Shown: positions 35,804-44,453 of the stretch, piece by piece
How positions within the stretch are numbered: the first letter of the stretch is position 1
How the letters are laid out: each line of letters starts with the position of its first letter
DNA from: Candidatus Nomurabacteria bacterium
Lineage (GTDB): Bacteria > Patescibacteriota > Minisyncoccia > Phycocordibacterales > UBA918
DNA length: 64,000 nucleotides
Assembly (NCBI GenBank): GCA_020632015.1
Contig: JACKGI010000001.1
Coordinates: 87,574-151,573 of the forward strand
Reading direction: 5' to 3'
Made by a program: the position numbers and the translations under genes
Notes under the pieces: model-generated
Told to the model about the DNA's origin: nothing
What the model saw: the letters and a program-made list of their open reading frames with translations, nothing else
Databases searched by the model: none

Positions 35804-38185
35804 ATGTTACGTAAACTTTCGTCATACCTAATTCAAACAGTCTTTTTGTCTCTGGTGGTGGCGATTGTTTTTGTTTTTCAGGTTGCTAGCGCAAACGCTG
35901 CTCCAGTAACAGGCTACGCCTGGTCTTCCAATATAGGTTGGATTTGTTTTGATTGTGGTACAGCCAACGTACAGATTGATGGTCTAGGGTTCTTTTCTGG
36001 CTACGCCTGGTCTTCCAATATAGGTTGGATTGATTTTGGTCCATCTTCAGGGTATCCAAGTGCCCCCAGCACAAGAGCTCAACTTAGCGGCGGAACTGTT
36101 ATTGGTTGGGCGAGAGCGTTGTCTTACGGTGATGGTTGGGATGGGTGGATTAAAATGTCGGGCTCGTGGGCTAATGGGGTAACTCACTCTGGAACAAGCT
36201 TCAATGGCTATGCTTGGGGCGATGATGTGGTTGGTTGGGTGGACTTTAGCGGAGTCAGTTATGTTCCACCGGTAGCAGGTTTCTCTTGTACGGGTAGTAT
36301 TCCAGCATTTGCCTCCGCCTACGACGCCGAGGAATCAACTGGCCTTGGTGCAAATACTTCTTGGACGCAATCTGGCTCAGATACCGCTGTTAAATGTCAG
36401 TACACTTGTAACGCTGGTTACTCTTGGGACGGTTCGTCTTGTCAGGTCAGTGCTGGTTTCTCTTGTACGGGTAGCATTCCAGCATTTGCCTCCGCCTACG
36501 ACGCCGAGGAATCAACTGGCCTTGGTGCTAACACGCCATGGACGCAGTCGAGCTCCGACACCGCTGTTAAATGTCAGTACACTTGTAACGCTGGTTACTC
36601 TTGGGATAGTGTCGCATCCTCTTGTCAGGTAGCTGCGGTAACAGCCGATATAATAATTGACACCATTGAATGTGATAGTGAAACTGATTTGCCGAATTGG
36701 AACGGAAATAATGTTAATGTAAACTCAGCCAATAATTTCCTTGCTCAGCCTGGGAAAGGTGCAGTATGTCGGAGAACTGACGGGTGGTCGTACGAATGGC
36801 ATAGTGGTGCAGTGGGAGCAGGGGGTTACTATGGTGGTGTTGGTTCTGCTGGTGCTGGATGGACAAGTACTCTACCAACAGGCTCTATTTCGCTCGGGCG
36901 AACAAAACTGTCCTTAACACCCGCTGACCTCTTACCAGATCCGGATATCGGAATAAGACAGATTCATAAAACAGGCTATCTACCATTTGGTCCTTATAGT
37001 TCTGATAACAATGTCTCAGCCGAATTTTGGTGCTACAACGATGCCAATAAATATGATAATTATGAAGGATTTACAGCGTTTAATTCCAGTCAAGTAAGTG
37101 TCGGAAACACTTATTATTGTGTCGCATTTAACGTGCGATCCGTAGTGCCTCAAGCAGATCTAATCAGCAAAAACATTACGCTATCAGCTGGTCCGTATAC
37201 GTCAGGTACCGCGATATCGTTGTCCGCTGGAGTGGAAAATGATAGTACGGTCGCGGTGTCAGATGGCTTTAGTGACAATTTTAGTTATAGCTGGACAAGT
37301 GCCACTGGCCCATGGACAGATATCGTGCCTTTTGTGTCACATGGTACGGGTATTTCAGCTGGGGCAACACTTCCAGATTCTGGCTCATTTACCCCAAATC
37401 AATCAGGTACTCTATATATCCAACACTGCGTTGATTCAAATAGAGAAATCGATGAGGGGCCAAATGAAAATCCCAACTGTTCCGTTCATTCTGGGGTTGC
37501 GGTGGGATCTGCTCCTTTAGATCTTGAGCCTGTAAATCCTTCAATTCAAAGTCAAACAGACAACGGTGATGGTACTTATGATTTAAGCATAAGAGTGGGA
37601 ATTAGAAACTTGGGACCAGGGACCTTACCAGCACTGAGCAACATACCTTACAGGACCAACATACTTCTAGGAGGTGGAGGTACTATTGTTGGGCCCACAG
37701 ATAACTTTAATGGGTCAATCAGCCCAGTAAGTTCAGCAGGACCATTCTTCCACACCCTCAACAATATTCCGTTTGGTAGTCACCAAGTTTGTTCTAGGGT
37801 AAACCTTGACCCTGTTCGATTTACGGAAACCCCACCAGCAAACAATGCTTCAAACCAAAACTGTCAACCTCTTACTTTAGACGTGCCACCTCCGAATGTT
37901 TTAGAAATCACATCAGACAAGGAATTCATTAGAGCAGGGGAGACGGCTACTATTATTTGGGATATTCTTGCTCCTTATGCAATGACTTGTACGGTGAAAG
38001 GTCCAGGAGGGGTAAACGAAGGACCGTTTAACGTATCAGCAAATGTATTAACACATAGCGATACTCCAACCACTGCGCTTAATAGTACTGGTGAGTATAA
38101 GCTGAATTGTGCTGAAACAACTACAGGTACTGTGTTTACGGATGTTACAGTAGTTGAAATAATTCCAGATTACGAGGAGCGGTAG
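35804..38185 (+). CDS. large secreted/surface protein with GYAWSSNIGWI repeats and CARDB-like C-terminus
   Basis: 793 aa. Signal peptide, GYAWSSNIGWI x2-3, a 59-aa Cys-containing unit x2. The C-terminal region is paralogous to 30937-34479 and ends in VEIIPDYEER. Confidence 0.7.
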   Translation: MLRKLSSYLIQTVFLSLVVAIVFVFQVASANAAPVTGYAWSSNIGWICFDCGTANVQIDGLGFFSGYAWSSNIGWIDFGPSSGYPSAPSTRAQLSGGTVIGWARALSYGDGWDGWIKMSGSWANGVTHSGTSFNGYAWGDDVVGWVDFSGVSYVPPVAGFSCTGSIPAFASAYDAEESTGLGANTSWTQSGSDTAVKCQYTCNAGYSWDGSSCQVSAGFSCTGSIPAFASAYDAEESTGLGANTPWTQSSSDTAVKCQYTCNAGYSWDSVASSCQVAAVTADIIIDTIECDSETDLPNWNGNNVNVNSANNFLAQPGKGAVCRRTDGWSYEWHSGAVGAGGYYGGVGSAGAGWTSTLPTGSISLGRTKLSLTPADLLPDPDIGIRQIHKTGYLPFGPYSSDNNVSAEFWCYNDANKYDNYEGFTAFNSSQVSVGNTYYCVAFNVRSVVPQADLISKNITLSAGPYTSGTAISLSAGVENDSTVAVSDGFSDNFSYSWTSATGPWTDIVPFVSHGTGISAGATLPDSGSFTPNQSGTLYIQHCVDSNREIDEGPNENPNCSVHSGVAVGSAPLDLEPVNPSIQSQTDNGDGTYDLSIRVGIRNLGPGTLPALSNIPYRTNILLGGGGTIVGPTDNFNGSISPVSSAGPFFHTLNNIPFGSHQVCSRVNLDPVRFTETPPANNASNQNCQPLTLDVPPPNVLEITSDKEFIRAGETATIIWDILAPYAMTCTVKGPGGVNEGPFNVSANVLTHSDTPTTALNSTGEYKLNCAETTTGTVFTDVTVVEIIPDYEER
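36278..36631 (+). repeat. near-identical tandem repeat, period 177 bp
   Basis: GFSCTGSIPAFASAYDAEESTGLGANT.WTQS.SDTAVKCQYTCNAGYSWD x2. Differences between copies are mostly third-codon-position. Confidence 0.85.
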
Positions 38186-38190
38186 AAATT

Positions 38191-38224
38191 AAAAAAGCCC
38201 GGAGCTTCGCTCCGGGCTTTTTTA
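38191..38224. terminator. bidirectional terminator between the surface-protein gene and ruvA
   Basis: aaaaaagcccggagcttcgctccgggctttttt. Confidence 0.8.
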
Positions 38225-38803
38225 ATTAATCTGCTTGAGTGCTTGGGTTACAAGTGAGTTTACCGTGGCCCCTTCTTCCGACATGCTCTTAATTGTTTCT
38301 CGAGATGTATTCAGATCGTAACCAAGAGATACTAATGCGTCGATAGCGTCAGTTTGGGTTTGGTTGAGCCCGTCCGTTGGTGTGTCTCCTGAGGCAGACA
38401 ATGGCAAGCTGTCGAGTTTACTATTTAGATACCTCACTACATTTTCACAAGTCTTCTTACCAATACCTGAAAGTTTGTGCAGATAAATAGCATCATTTTT
38501 GTGAGCCGACTCGCTTAGTAAAGTAGGGGTGGCCTGGGTCATAATCGCCAGTGCGGATTTTGGTCCTACTTTGGGTACTCCCAACAAAAGTTCAAACATT
38601 TCCAATTCTGCTTTATCAGTAAAACCATATAAATCCAGAGCTGTTTCTCTTACGGCTAAGTAAGTTTGTAAGGTCACTTTCTGTTCCAGAGAATAGTTGC
38701 TTGTTAGAGTAGGGCTAGCTACCAAATAGCCAACGTTATTTACTTCTACCACTAACCAATTCTCGCCAAGGTCTTTTATTGTTCCAGTGAGGGTTCTGAT
38801 CAT
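38222..38803 (-). CDS. ruvA: Holliday junction DNA helicase subunit RuvA
   Basis: MIRTLTGTIKDLGENWLVVEVNNVGY, HhH region LLGVPKVGPKSALAI / LSGIGKKTCENV. ATG at 38803, with TACAAT 6 nt upstream. Confidence 0.85.
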   Translation of the reverse strand: MIRTLTGTIKDLGENWLVVEVNNVGYLVASPTLTSNYSLEQKVTLQTYLAVRETALDLYGFTDKAELEMFELLLGVPKVGPKSALAIMTQATPTLLSESAHKNDAIYLHKLSGIGKKTCENVVRYLNSKLDSLPLSASGDTPTDGLNQTQTDAIDALVSLGYDLNTSRETIKSMSEEGATVNSLVTQALKQIN

Positions 38804-38894
38804 GTTTATATTGTACTGCAATAGTCGCATTAACCAAAAGGCTTGCCTTTTTAACATTCTTACGTTACAGTGTTCGCACTTTATATTATTTTAT

Positions 38895-39167
38895 ATGCCA
38901 ATCACAAAAGGAGCAGAAAAAGCCCACCGGCAATCAGAACGCAAGAAGGTGTTCAACATTCGTCGCAAGGGTGCAATGAAAGATGCTGAAAAAGCTATCC
39001 AAAAGGCAGTTGCTGGAGGAGATGCAAAGAAAGCACAAGAACTTTTACCAACTGCATACAAAGCAATTGATAAAGCAGCTAAACGAGGAGTTATTAAAGA
39101 GAACACAGCGTCTCGAAAGAAGTCTCGACTATCTGCAAACGTAAAAAGCGCAAGCGTAAAGAAATAA
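38895..39167 (+). CDS. rpsT: 30S ribosomal protein S20
   Basis: MPITKGAEKAHRQSERKKVFNIRRKGAMK... is basic, 90 aa. The track ORF start at 38787 is an unsupported extension. Confidence 0.9.
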   Translation: MPITKGAEKAHRQSERKKVFNIRRKGAMKDAEKAIQKAVAGGDAKKAQELLPTAYKAIDKAAKRGVIKENTASRKKSRLSANVKSASVKK

Positions 39168-39168
39168 C

Positions 39169-39196
39169 AAAAAACCGCCGGAAGGCGGTTTTTTGT
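39169..39196 (+). terminator. terminator after rpsT
   Basis: aaaaaaccgccggaaggcggtttttt. Confidence 0.8.
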
Positions 39197-39236
39197 TTGG
39201 TAAGTAATACCATTTAAATAAAAATAAAAACTAGTG

Positions 39237-39323
39237 CGGAGGGAGAGGGATTCGAACCCTCGAAGAGCTTTCACCCTTAACAGTTTTCAAGACTGCCGCC
39301 TTCAACCACTCAGCCATCCCTCC
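39237..39323 (-). tRNA. tRNA-Ser (anticodon UGA), long variable arm
   Basis: GGAGGGA acceptor, anticodon loop CTTGAAA, long variable arm, T arm GAGGG-TTCGAAT-CCCTC. 87 nt. Confidence 0.9.
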
Positions 39324-39415
39324 GCACTAGTTTCTATTTATTTGTGGCTCAGATAATAACAGAATACTATCAAAATGTACACTAATGACTAGCAATACAT
39401 GGTACAATTTTTCAA

Positions 39416-39886
39416 ATGGAACCATCACTGAGAAGTATTGCTTGGGAAGCTCCGGAACACCATCATGTTGAGAAAGGCAATGATTGGTTTTTTGCTTTGA
39501 TAATTATTGTCTTGGCTCTAGTTGTTGTGGCTATACTTTTTAATAATACTTTGTTTGCGCTTCTGATTGGCCTAGCTGGTGGTGCGCTTTTTGTTTCTGC
39601 TGCCAAAAGACCATCAATTATTCCGTATGCAGTCACTCTTCGCGGAATAAAAATAGACGACCGAATTTATCCATTTTCTACTCTGGATAGCTATCGAATA
39701 GATGAAGAGGACCCCAAGGGGCCACAGCTACTCATCAAGTCATCAAAAAAACTAATGCCACTCATGGTGATGCCAATTCCTGTTGACCACGTAGATGACA
39801 TCGACGATATTCTCAAAGAGAAATTAATCGAGGAAGACCTAGAGGAGCCGTTGTTAGTGAAAATTCTTGAATTGTTTGGTTTTTAA
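39416..39886 (+). CDS. two-TM membrane protein of unknown function
   Basis: 156 aa. WEAPEHHHVEKGNDWFF followed by two TM helices. TGgTACAAT (39401-39408) lies 7 nt before the ATG. Confidence 0.5.
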   Translation: MEPSLRSIAWEAPEHHHVEKGNDWFFALIIIVLALVVVAILFNNTLFALLIGLAGGALFVSAAKRPSIIPYAVTLRGIKIDDRIYPFSTLDSYRIDEEDPKGPQLLIKSSKKLMPLMVMPIPVDHVDDIDDILKEKLIEEDLEEPLLVKILELFGF

Positions 39887-39927
39887 GATGACACTAAATT
39901 ATCTTTGTGATAATATCGCTGGCACTT

Positions 39928-40002
39928 GCTCCCGTAGTTTAATGGATAAAATATTGGTTTGCGGTACCAGTGCTCCAGGTTCGATTCCTGGCGGGAGCAC
40001 CA
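39928..40002 (+). tRNA. tRNA-Arg (anticodon GCG), CCA encoded
   Basis: Acceptor GCTCCCG/CGGGAGC, anticodon stem TTGGT/ACCAG, loop TTGCGGT, T arm CCAGG-TTCGATT-CCTGG, ACCA end. Confidence 0.85.
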
Positions 40003-40264
40003 ACAGCCGACCCCGATGCGCATGCATCGGGGTCTTTGCTGATGGTAGCTACTGACAGAAATCGAACCGAGTCGCGACGAAGTCCACAGGCGAAGCCGAG
40101 GACCGCGACGAGTGGAGGTCAATGGAGTGAGATATTTTGTGACGACAGGAAACAAAATATCCACGAGAGTGACCGATTCCTGGCGGGAGCACGTAGCAGA
40201 ATCAGAGCGAAGCGAATGATTATGGTTAGATAAAATTTTCTGGGAGAAAGTTTTATCTAACCAT
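40003..40264 (+). mobile_element. GC-rich tRNA-3'-flank module E2, bounded by a 19-nt direct repeat of the tRNA-Arg 3' end
   Basis: cgattcctggcgggagcac occurs at 39982-40000 and again at 40174-40192. There is an 11-bp hairpin at ~40009-40034, a 36-mer (40194-40229) shared with E1, and a 14-bp hairpin at 40222-40264. Confidence 0.45.
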
Positions 40265-40351
40265 CAATAAACCAGCCTTGTGATCTTCAGGACGATTTGA
40301 CCACCGAGACACGGCTTTATTTGATTACTATATCCATGCTATCCTAAACTT

Positions 40352-40732
40352 ATGAAAAGAATCGGAATTGACTTTGGAACAAAAAAAATCGGTATCGCTG
40401 TATCAGATGAATCTGGTCAAATGGCTTTCCCGCACGAAGTTGTGCCAAACAATAAAGATTTCATGTCATACATAGAAAAACTTATTCAGTCCCGCCAAGT
40501 TGAGGAAATAGTTATTGGCCACTCATTAAACAATGATGGTGAGCCAAATAAAGTGCATGCAGAAGTAGAAAATTTTATTACTGATATAACACTATCACTT
40601 GGTATCCCAGTACATCTTGAGCCAGAACAATATTCTACAAAGGAAGCCTCACATATTCAGGGTAAGGACAAAATGACAGACGCATCTGCCGCCGCCCTAA
40701 TTTTGAATAGTTATATTTTAAAAAATAAGTAA
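40352..40732 (+). CDS. ruvX: YqgF/RuvX-family nuclease
   Basis: MKRIGIDFGTKKIGIAVSD N-terminus, 126 aa. Confidence 0.85.
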   Translation: MKRIGIDFGTKKIGIAVSDESGQMAFPHEVVPNNKDFMSYIEKLIQSRQVEEIVIGHSLNNDGEPNKVHAEVENFITDITLSLGIPVHLEPEQYSTKEASHIQGKDKMTDASAAALILNSYILKNK

Positions 40733-40738
40733 GTTATC

Positions 40739-41065
40739 ATGTCTATTACATACGAAGATTTTGCAAAGTTAGATATTAAAATCGGTACTATAAAATCAGT
40801 CGAGGTGGTTGATGGGGCAGATAGGTTGCTCAAATTAGAGGTTGATATTGGTGACGAGACCCGACAGATAGTGTCAGGTATTCGAGAATACTTCGAGGAC
40901 ATCCAATCTTTGGTGGGGAAGCAGTGTCCTTTTTTAGTTAACCTCGAGCCAAGGACAATCAAGGGACTAGAGAGTCAGGGTATGATTTTGGCTGTTGGCG
41001 GAGAAGATGTTTTTGCGTTACTCCATCCGAGTGGAGAAGTTCCAGCCGGATCATTGATACAATAA
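40739..41065 (+). CDS. tRNA-binding domain protein (CsaA/EMAP-II-like OB fold)
   Basis: FAKLDIKIGTIKSVEVVDGADRLLKLEVDIGDETRQIVSGI and GMILA are typical of the family. Confidence 0.75.
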   Translation: MSITYEDFAKLDIKIGTIKSVEVVDGADRLLKLEVDIGDETRQIVSGIREYFEDIQSLVGKQCPFLVNLEPRTIKGLESQGMILAVGGEDVFALLHPSGEVPAGSLIQ

Positions 41066-41069
41066 TCTC

Positions 41070-41681
41070 ATGTCACTAGAAGAAAAGATAGAGACGGGAG
41101 TTAAACAGGTCTTGGACACAAACACAGTTGGTAAAGCTCGTGAGGTTTTGCAGGCGCGTTCTGGTGTGAGGGTACTTTCTCTAATTTCTTTTTTTGAATC
41201 AGCCTTACCATTGCCGATACTGACTGACCCATTTTTAATTGCTGCCATCATGGCCGATAGGCAAAACGCCTTCAGATTAGTTGTGGCCACGACGGCCACC
41301 TCGGTTTTAGGTGGTGTATGTGCGTATTTTGGTGCTCTTTTCTTTTTTGAAACTTTATCAAGCTGGATGTCGCCAGAGGTTATGCAACAGTTTAATGAGC
41401 TAGTAGACACTAATACTTCCAGCACCTTTGTTCTCACTATTGTCGGCGCAGTAACACCAATTCCATACACAATAGTAGCTTGGGTAGTGGCAGTTCTTAA
41501 GGGTAGCCCGCTGGCCTTCATTATTGCTTCTGTTGTGGGGCGGGGAGGCCGGTATGCCATTGTTGGTTATTGCGTTTATCGTTTTGGTCCTTTGGCAATT
41601 ACTTATGCTAAGCGCTACATCGGGCTGACTTCAGTCATTGTCTTAATTCTTGCTGGTTTATTCTTTTGGCTAAAGATGTGA
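41070..41681 (+). CDS. YqaA/DedA-type membrane protein
   Basis: FFESALPLPILTDPFLIAAIMA motif and 4-5 TM helices. The antisense ORF 41051-41560 is rejected. Confidence 0.6.
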   Translation: MSLEEKIETGVKQVLDTNTVGKAREVLQARSGVRVLSLISFFESALPLPILTDPFLIAAIMADRQNAFRLVVATTATSVLGGVCAYFGALFFFETLSSWMSPEVMQQFNELVDTNTSSTFVLTIVGAVTPIPYTIVAWVVAVLKGSPLAFIIASVVGRGGRYAIVGYCVYRFGPLAITYAKRYIGLTSVIVLILAGLFFWLKM

Positions 41682-41732
41682 GTTGTCGTCTCGAAACGAA
41701 CGCCTTAACAGCGTATACTAGAGTAATAATCT

Positions 41733-42821
41733 ATGTCGGTTCTTTCTAACATTTTGCCACCGCCAATATTTTTAACCATGCCTTGTGTTGGGGTGGATAT
41801 TTCTGATACTTCACTTAAGTATGTATCTTTCCATACTGCCACCAGATCTAGCACACAAAGGAAGATTAAGCAGTGGGGAGACATTTCGATACCAAACGGT
41901 ATCGTGCAACGAGGACAAGTAATGGATGTTCAGAAGTTAGTTTCTGTCCTAAAAGAATTTAAAGCTGCCACCAAAGCGGAATTCATAAGAGTCTCACTTC
42001 CAGAAGAAAAAGCTTATTTGTTCGAGACGACAATCAAGCCAAACACACCACTAAAAGAAATTCGCGGATTGCTAGAGTTTCGTTTAGAGGAGAATGTACC
42101 AATTCCGTCTAAGGATGTTTATTTTGATTATCTACTTTTATCAGACGGGTCAGACAAAAAAAGTGTCGAGGTGGCAGTTGCTGCTTATCCAAAAGAAACT
42201 ATCCAAAAATATTATGACGCATGTGTGGAGGCCGATTTAAAACCAGTTTCTTTTGAGGTTGAGGCTCAAGCAGTAGCTAGAGCAGTTGTGCCAGAAGATG
42301 TGAAAGGGGCGACCATGTTGGTTGATTTTGGCAAGACTAGAACAGGAATTGGTATCGTCTACAAAAATGTCCTACTGTATACCTCAACTATTGATATCGG
42401 TGGCGATGCTCTGTCTCAGGCGCTTCGCAAGGTTTTGGGGTCGGATGTAGCAGAAGAGGAATTAACGAACCTAAAAAATACCCAAGGTTTAGTAAGAGGA
42501 AAGGACTCTGCAGAAGTGCATGACACGCTAATCAGCACAATTTCTGTCATAAAAGATGAGCTGGCAACAAGAATGCAGTATTGGCACTTACGTAACGGCA
42601 GTAGCGCTGAGAGACGTATCAGTTCAGTTTTGTTGTCGGGCGGGAGCTCAAACTTAAAAGGTTTGCCAGCTTATCTAACAGAATCTCTGAATGTACCTTG
42701 CGTACAGGCCAACGTTTGGGAGAATACTTTTTCTCTTGAGACAACAGTTCCACCAATTAGTCTTAGAAAGTCGTTTGGTTATGCGACGGCGGTTGGTCTA
42801 GCGTTAAAACAAGACACGTAA
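41733..42821 (+). CDS. pilM: type IV pilus assembly protein PilM
   Basis: 362 aa actin-like ATPase-fold pattern (GVDISDTSLKYV, LVDFGKTRTGI, LLSGGSSNLKGL), followed by pilN/O-like genes. Confidence 0.8.
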   Translation: MSVLSNILPPPIFLTMPCVGVDISDTSLKYVSFHTATRSSTQRKIKQWGDISIPNGIVQRGQVMDVQKLVSVLKEFKAATKAEFIRVSLPEEKAYLFETTIKPNTPLKEIRGLLEFRLEENVPIPSKDVYFDYLLLSDGSDKKSVEVAVAAYPKETIQKYYDACVEADLKPVSFEVEAQAVARAVVPEDVKGATMLVDFGKTRTGIGIVYKNVLLYTSTIDIGGDALSQALRKVLGSDVAEEELTNLKNTQGLVRGKDSAEVHDTLISTISVIKDELATRMQYWHLRNGSSAERRISSVLLSGGSSNLKGLPAYLTESLNVPCVQANVWENTFSLETTVPPISLRKSFGYATAVGLALKQDT

Positions 42822-42825
42822 TTCT

Positions 42826-43371
42826 ATGATTAACTTAATCCCACCAAGTGCAAAAAAAGACCTAAAGAGAGAATATTGGGTCAGGGTCATTGCTGTGTGG
42901 TTATTGCTCTGGTCGGTGTTTCTTGTGGTGGGTGCCTGCTTACTTTTTCCAGTTTATGTCTTGATTGGTTCTCAAGTTGCTGTGTATAAAGACTCGGCTG
43001 AAGAGGCCTCACAAAGAGTGACTAGCTATGAGAACGTTACAACAACATTAGTTCAAGCAAGTCTGCAAGCAAAATTCGTTCTAGATGAAATTGCCGTACC
43101 AGTATTCTCAGAACAAATTGAATTATTTGAAACCTTAGAGGGTTCTGAAATTAAAATTAATAAAATTTATATCGGAAGAGGAGCGGACGGTATTGCCCCG
43201 ATATCACTTTCTGGCATAGCTAGTGGTCGACAAGCATTAGCTAGTTTCCGTGACAGAATATTAAATCTCGAAAATGTCGAGGATGTAGATTTGCCGATTT
43301 CAAATCTAGCTCAAGATAAAAATATACCATTTACCATTAAGGTTACTTTAATTAATCAAAAAGAGGTATGA
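42826..43371 (+). CDS. pilN: PilN-like pilus assembly protein
   Basis: MINLIPP start, a single TM, 181 aa. Position is after pilM. Confidence 0.6.
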   Translation: MINLIPPSAKKDLKREYWVRVIAVWLLLWSVFLVVGACLLFPVYVLIGSQVAVYKDSAEEASQRVTSYENVTTTLVQASLQAKFVLDEIAVPVFSEQIELFETLEGSEIKINKIYIGRGADGIAPISLSGIASGRQALASFRDRILNLENVEDVDLPISNLAQDKNIPFTIKVTLINQKEV

Positions 43372-43895
43372 GCAAGAGCACCAAAAATATAGTATTAATA
43401 TCAATCATCATTTTTGTTGCTTCGGCGGTTAGTTTGGGTGTAATGGCGTATCAGGTAAAAGAGCAGGGTAATCAACTGTCTAGTCATGTAGCTACTTTAC
43501 AGGCCGAAAGCGCTCAAGTTGAGTCCTATAATAAGCTCAAAAAAATATCAGAAGAAACCACAGAAGACCGAGATCTGTTACAAAGTTATTTCCTAGAGAA
43601 GGAAAGTAATAGTATTGATTTCCTTAATTTGGTCGAATCATTGGCTCCTCAGGCAGGAGTGCAGTTAGATACAGAAGGTTTGGATGTGCTAGAAACTGGA
43701 GAAAATGGTGCAAAATGGATAGAGGTTTCTTTTGTCTTTTCAGCTTCTAGAGAAAGAGTTCAAAATTTCATTAAGGTTTTAGAAACCCTACCTTACGTGC
43801 TTAGACTGACTTCAGTCGAGATGGATGGTATGAGTGCTTCAGAGTGGGAGGCCAGAGTAACAATGCAGGTACAAATATTGGATTATGATAAATAA
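43368..43895 (+). CDS. PilO-like pilus assembly protein
   Basis: 175 aa, single N-terminal TM, coiled-coil segment. ATGA overlap with pilN. Confidence 0.5.
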   Translation: MSKSTKNIVLISIIIFVASAVSLGVMAYQVKEQGNQLSSHVATLQAESAQVESYNKLKKISEETTEDRDLLQSYFLEKESNSIDFLNLVESLAPQAGVQLDTEGLDVLETGENGAKWIEVSFVFSASRERVQNFIKVLETLPYVLRLTSVEMDGMSASEWEARVTMQVQILDYDK

Positions 43896-44391
43896 AAAAG
43901 AATTTTCAAAAATTGCAAAAAGGATTTTTCACGCCAAGAGTAGTTTGCAAAATCCAAGAATAATGAATCCATCCCGCGAGTGGGGGATTGGTTTATTGAT
44001 TGGCTTCGCTTTCTTTATTGCCACGGCTGGTTGGAGTGCTCAGACTTATTTGTCTAATAAAAATGTTGGAGACATAACAAGTGACTCCTCTCAAGATGAG
44101 GTAATCGTTTATAGGGCGTCCATGGTAGAGGCCGCACTTAAGGCTTATGAACAACGCAATCAAAAACATCAACAGTTACTGAATAAAACATATGTTGCTC
44201 CTCCTGTTATTGAGGAAATAGTCGAGGAAGACACAGTTGATGAAACTTCAACTTCTAGCGAAAACGCAGAAGCAGTTTTGCCGGAGCAAAGTCTAGAAGT
44301 GAATGCAGAAGAAGTTTCAGGGGCGGAAGAAGAACCGTCAGAACCGACAGAGCCGGTAGAAGTGGCTCCTGATGTATTGTTATCGGAATAA
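43885..44391 (+). CDS. membrane-anchored protein with acidic tail (pilMNO operon member)
   Basis: 168 aa. TM helix WGIGLLIGFAFFIATAGW. Overlaps the pilO-like stop by 11 nt. Confidence 0.45.
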   Translation: MINKKEFSKIAKRIFHAKSSLQNPRIMNPSREWGIGLLIGFAFFIATAGWSAQTYLSNKNVGDITSDSSQDEVIVYRASMVEAALKAYEQRNQKHQQLLNKTYVAPPVIEEIVEEDTVDETSTSSENAEAVLPEQSLEVNAEEVSGAEEEPSEPTEPVEVAPDVLLSE

Positions 44392-44404
44392 GGATTTGAG
44401 TCAA

Positions 44405-44448
44405 AAAATAAAACGATTGCTCTGGTCGAGCAATCGTTTTATTTTTTT
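44405..44448. terminator. bidirectional terminator
   Basis: aaaataaaacgattgctctggtcgagcaatcgttttattttttt. Confidence 0.8.
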
Positions 44449-44453
44449 CGCGG

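Noticed and set aside
32503-36631. Diversity-generating retroelement (TR/VR pair), given near-identical repeats in surface proteins of a CPR genome.
   Set aside because: One repeat pair is 100 percent identical. The other differs mainly at synonymous third positions rather than at adenine-specific sites. No reverse transcriptase gene is in the window.
40050-40075. Possible minus-strand tRNA fragment (aaatcgaaccgag) inside module E2.
   Set aside because: The flanks do not form a T stem or an acceptor stem, so no cloverleaf can be drawn.
39883-40233. ORFs 39883-40164 (minus) and 39970-40233 (plus) overlapping tRNA-Arg and module E2, and similarly 26237-26419 over module E1.
   Set aside because: They run through a tRNA gene and repeat modules. 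They are not in a consistent orientation relative to the tRNA between E1 and E2. They are open only because the segments are GC-rich.
41051-41560. 169-aa minus-strand ORF.
   Set aside because: It is antisense to the YqaA/DedA-like gene, whose product shows clean TM helices and the family motif. The minus-strand product has neither.
43368-43371. Alternative genetic code (UGA recoding, as in some CPR lineages).
   Set aside because: TGA terminates pilN in an ATGA overlap with the next start, and long conserved genes read through without needing in-frame TGA. The standard bacterial code fits.
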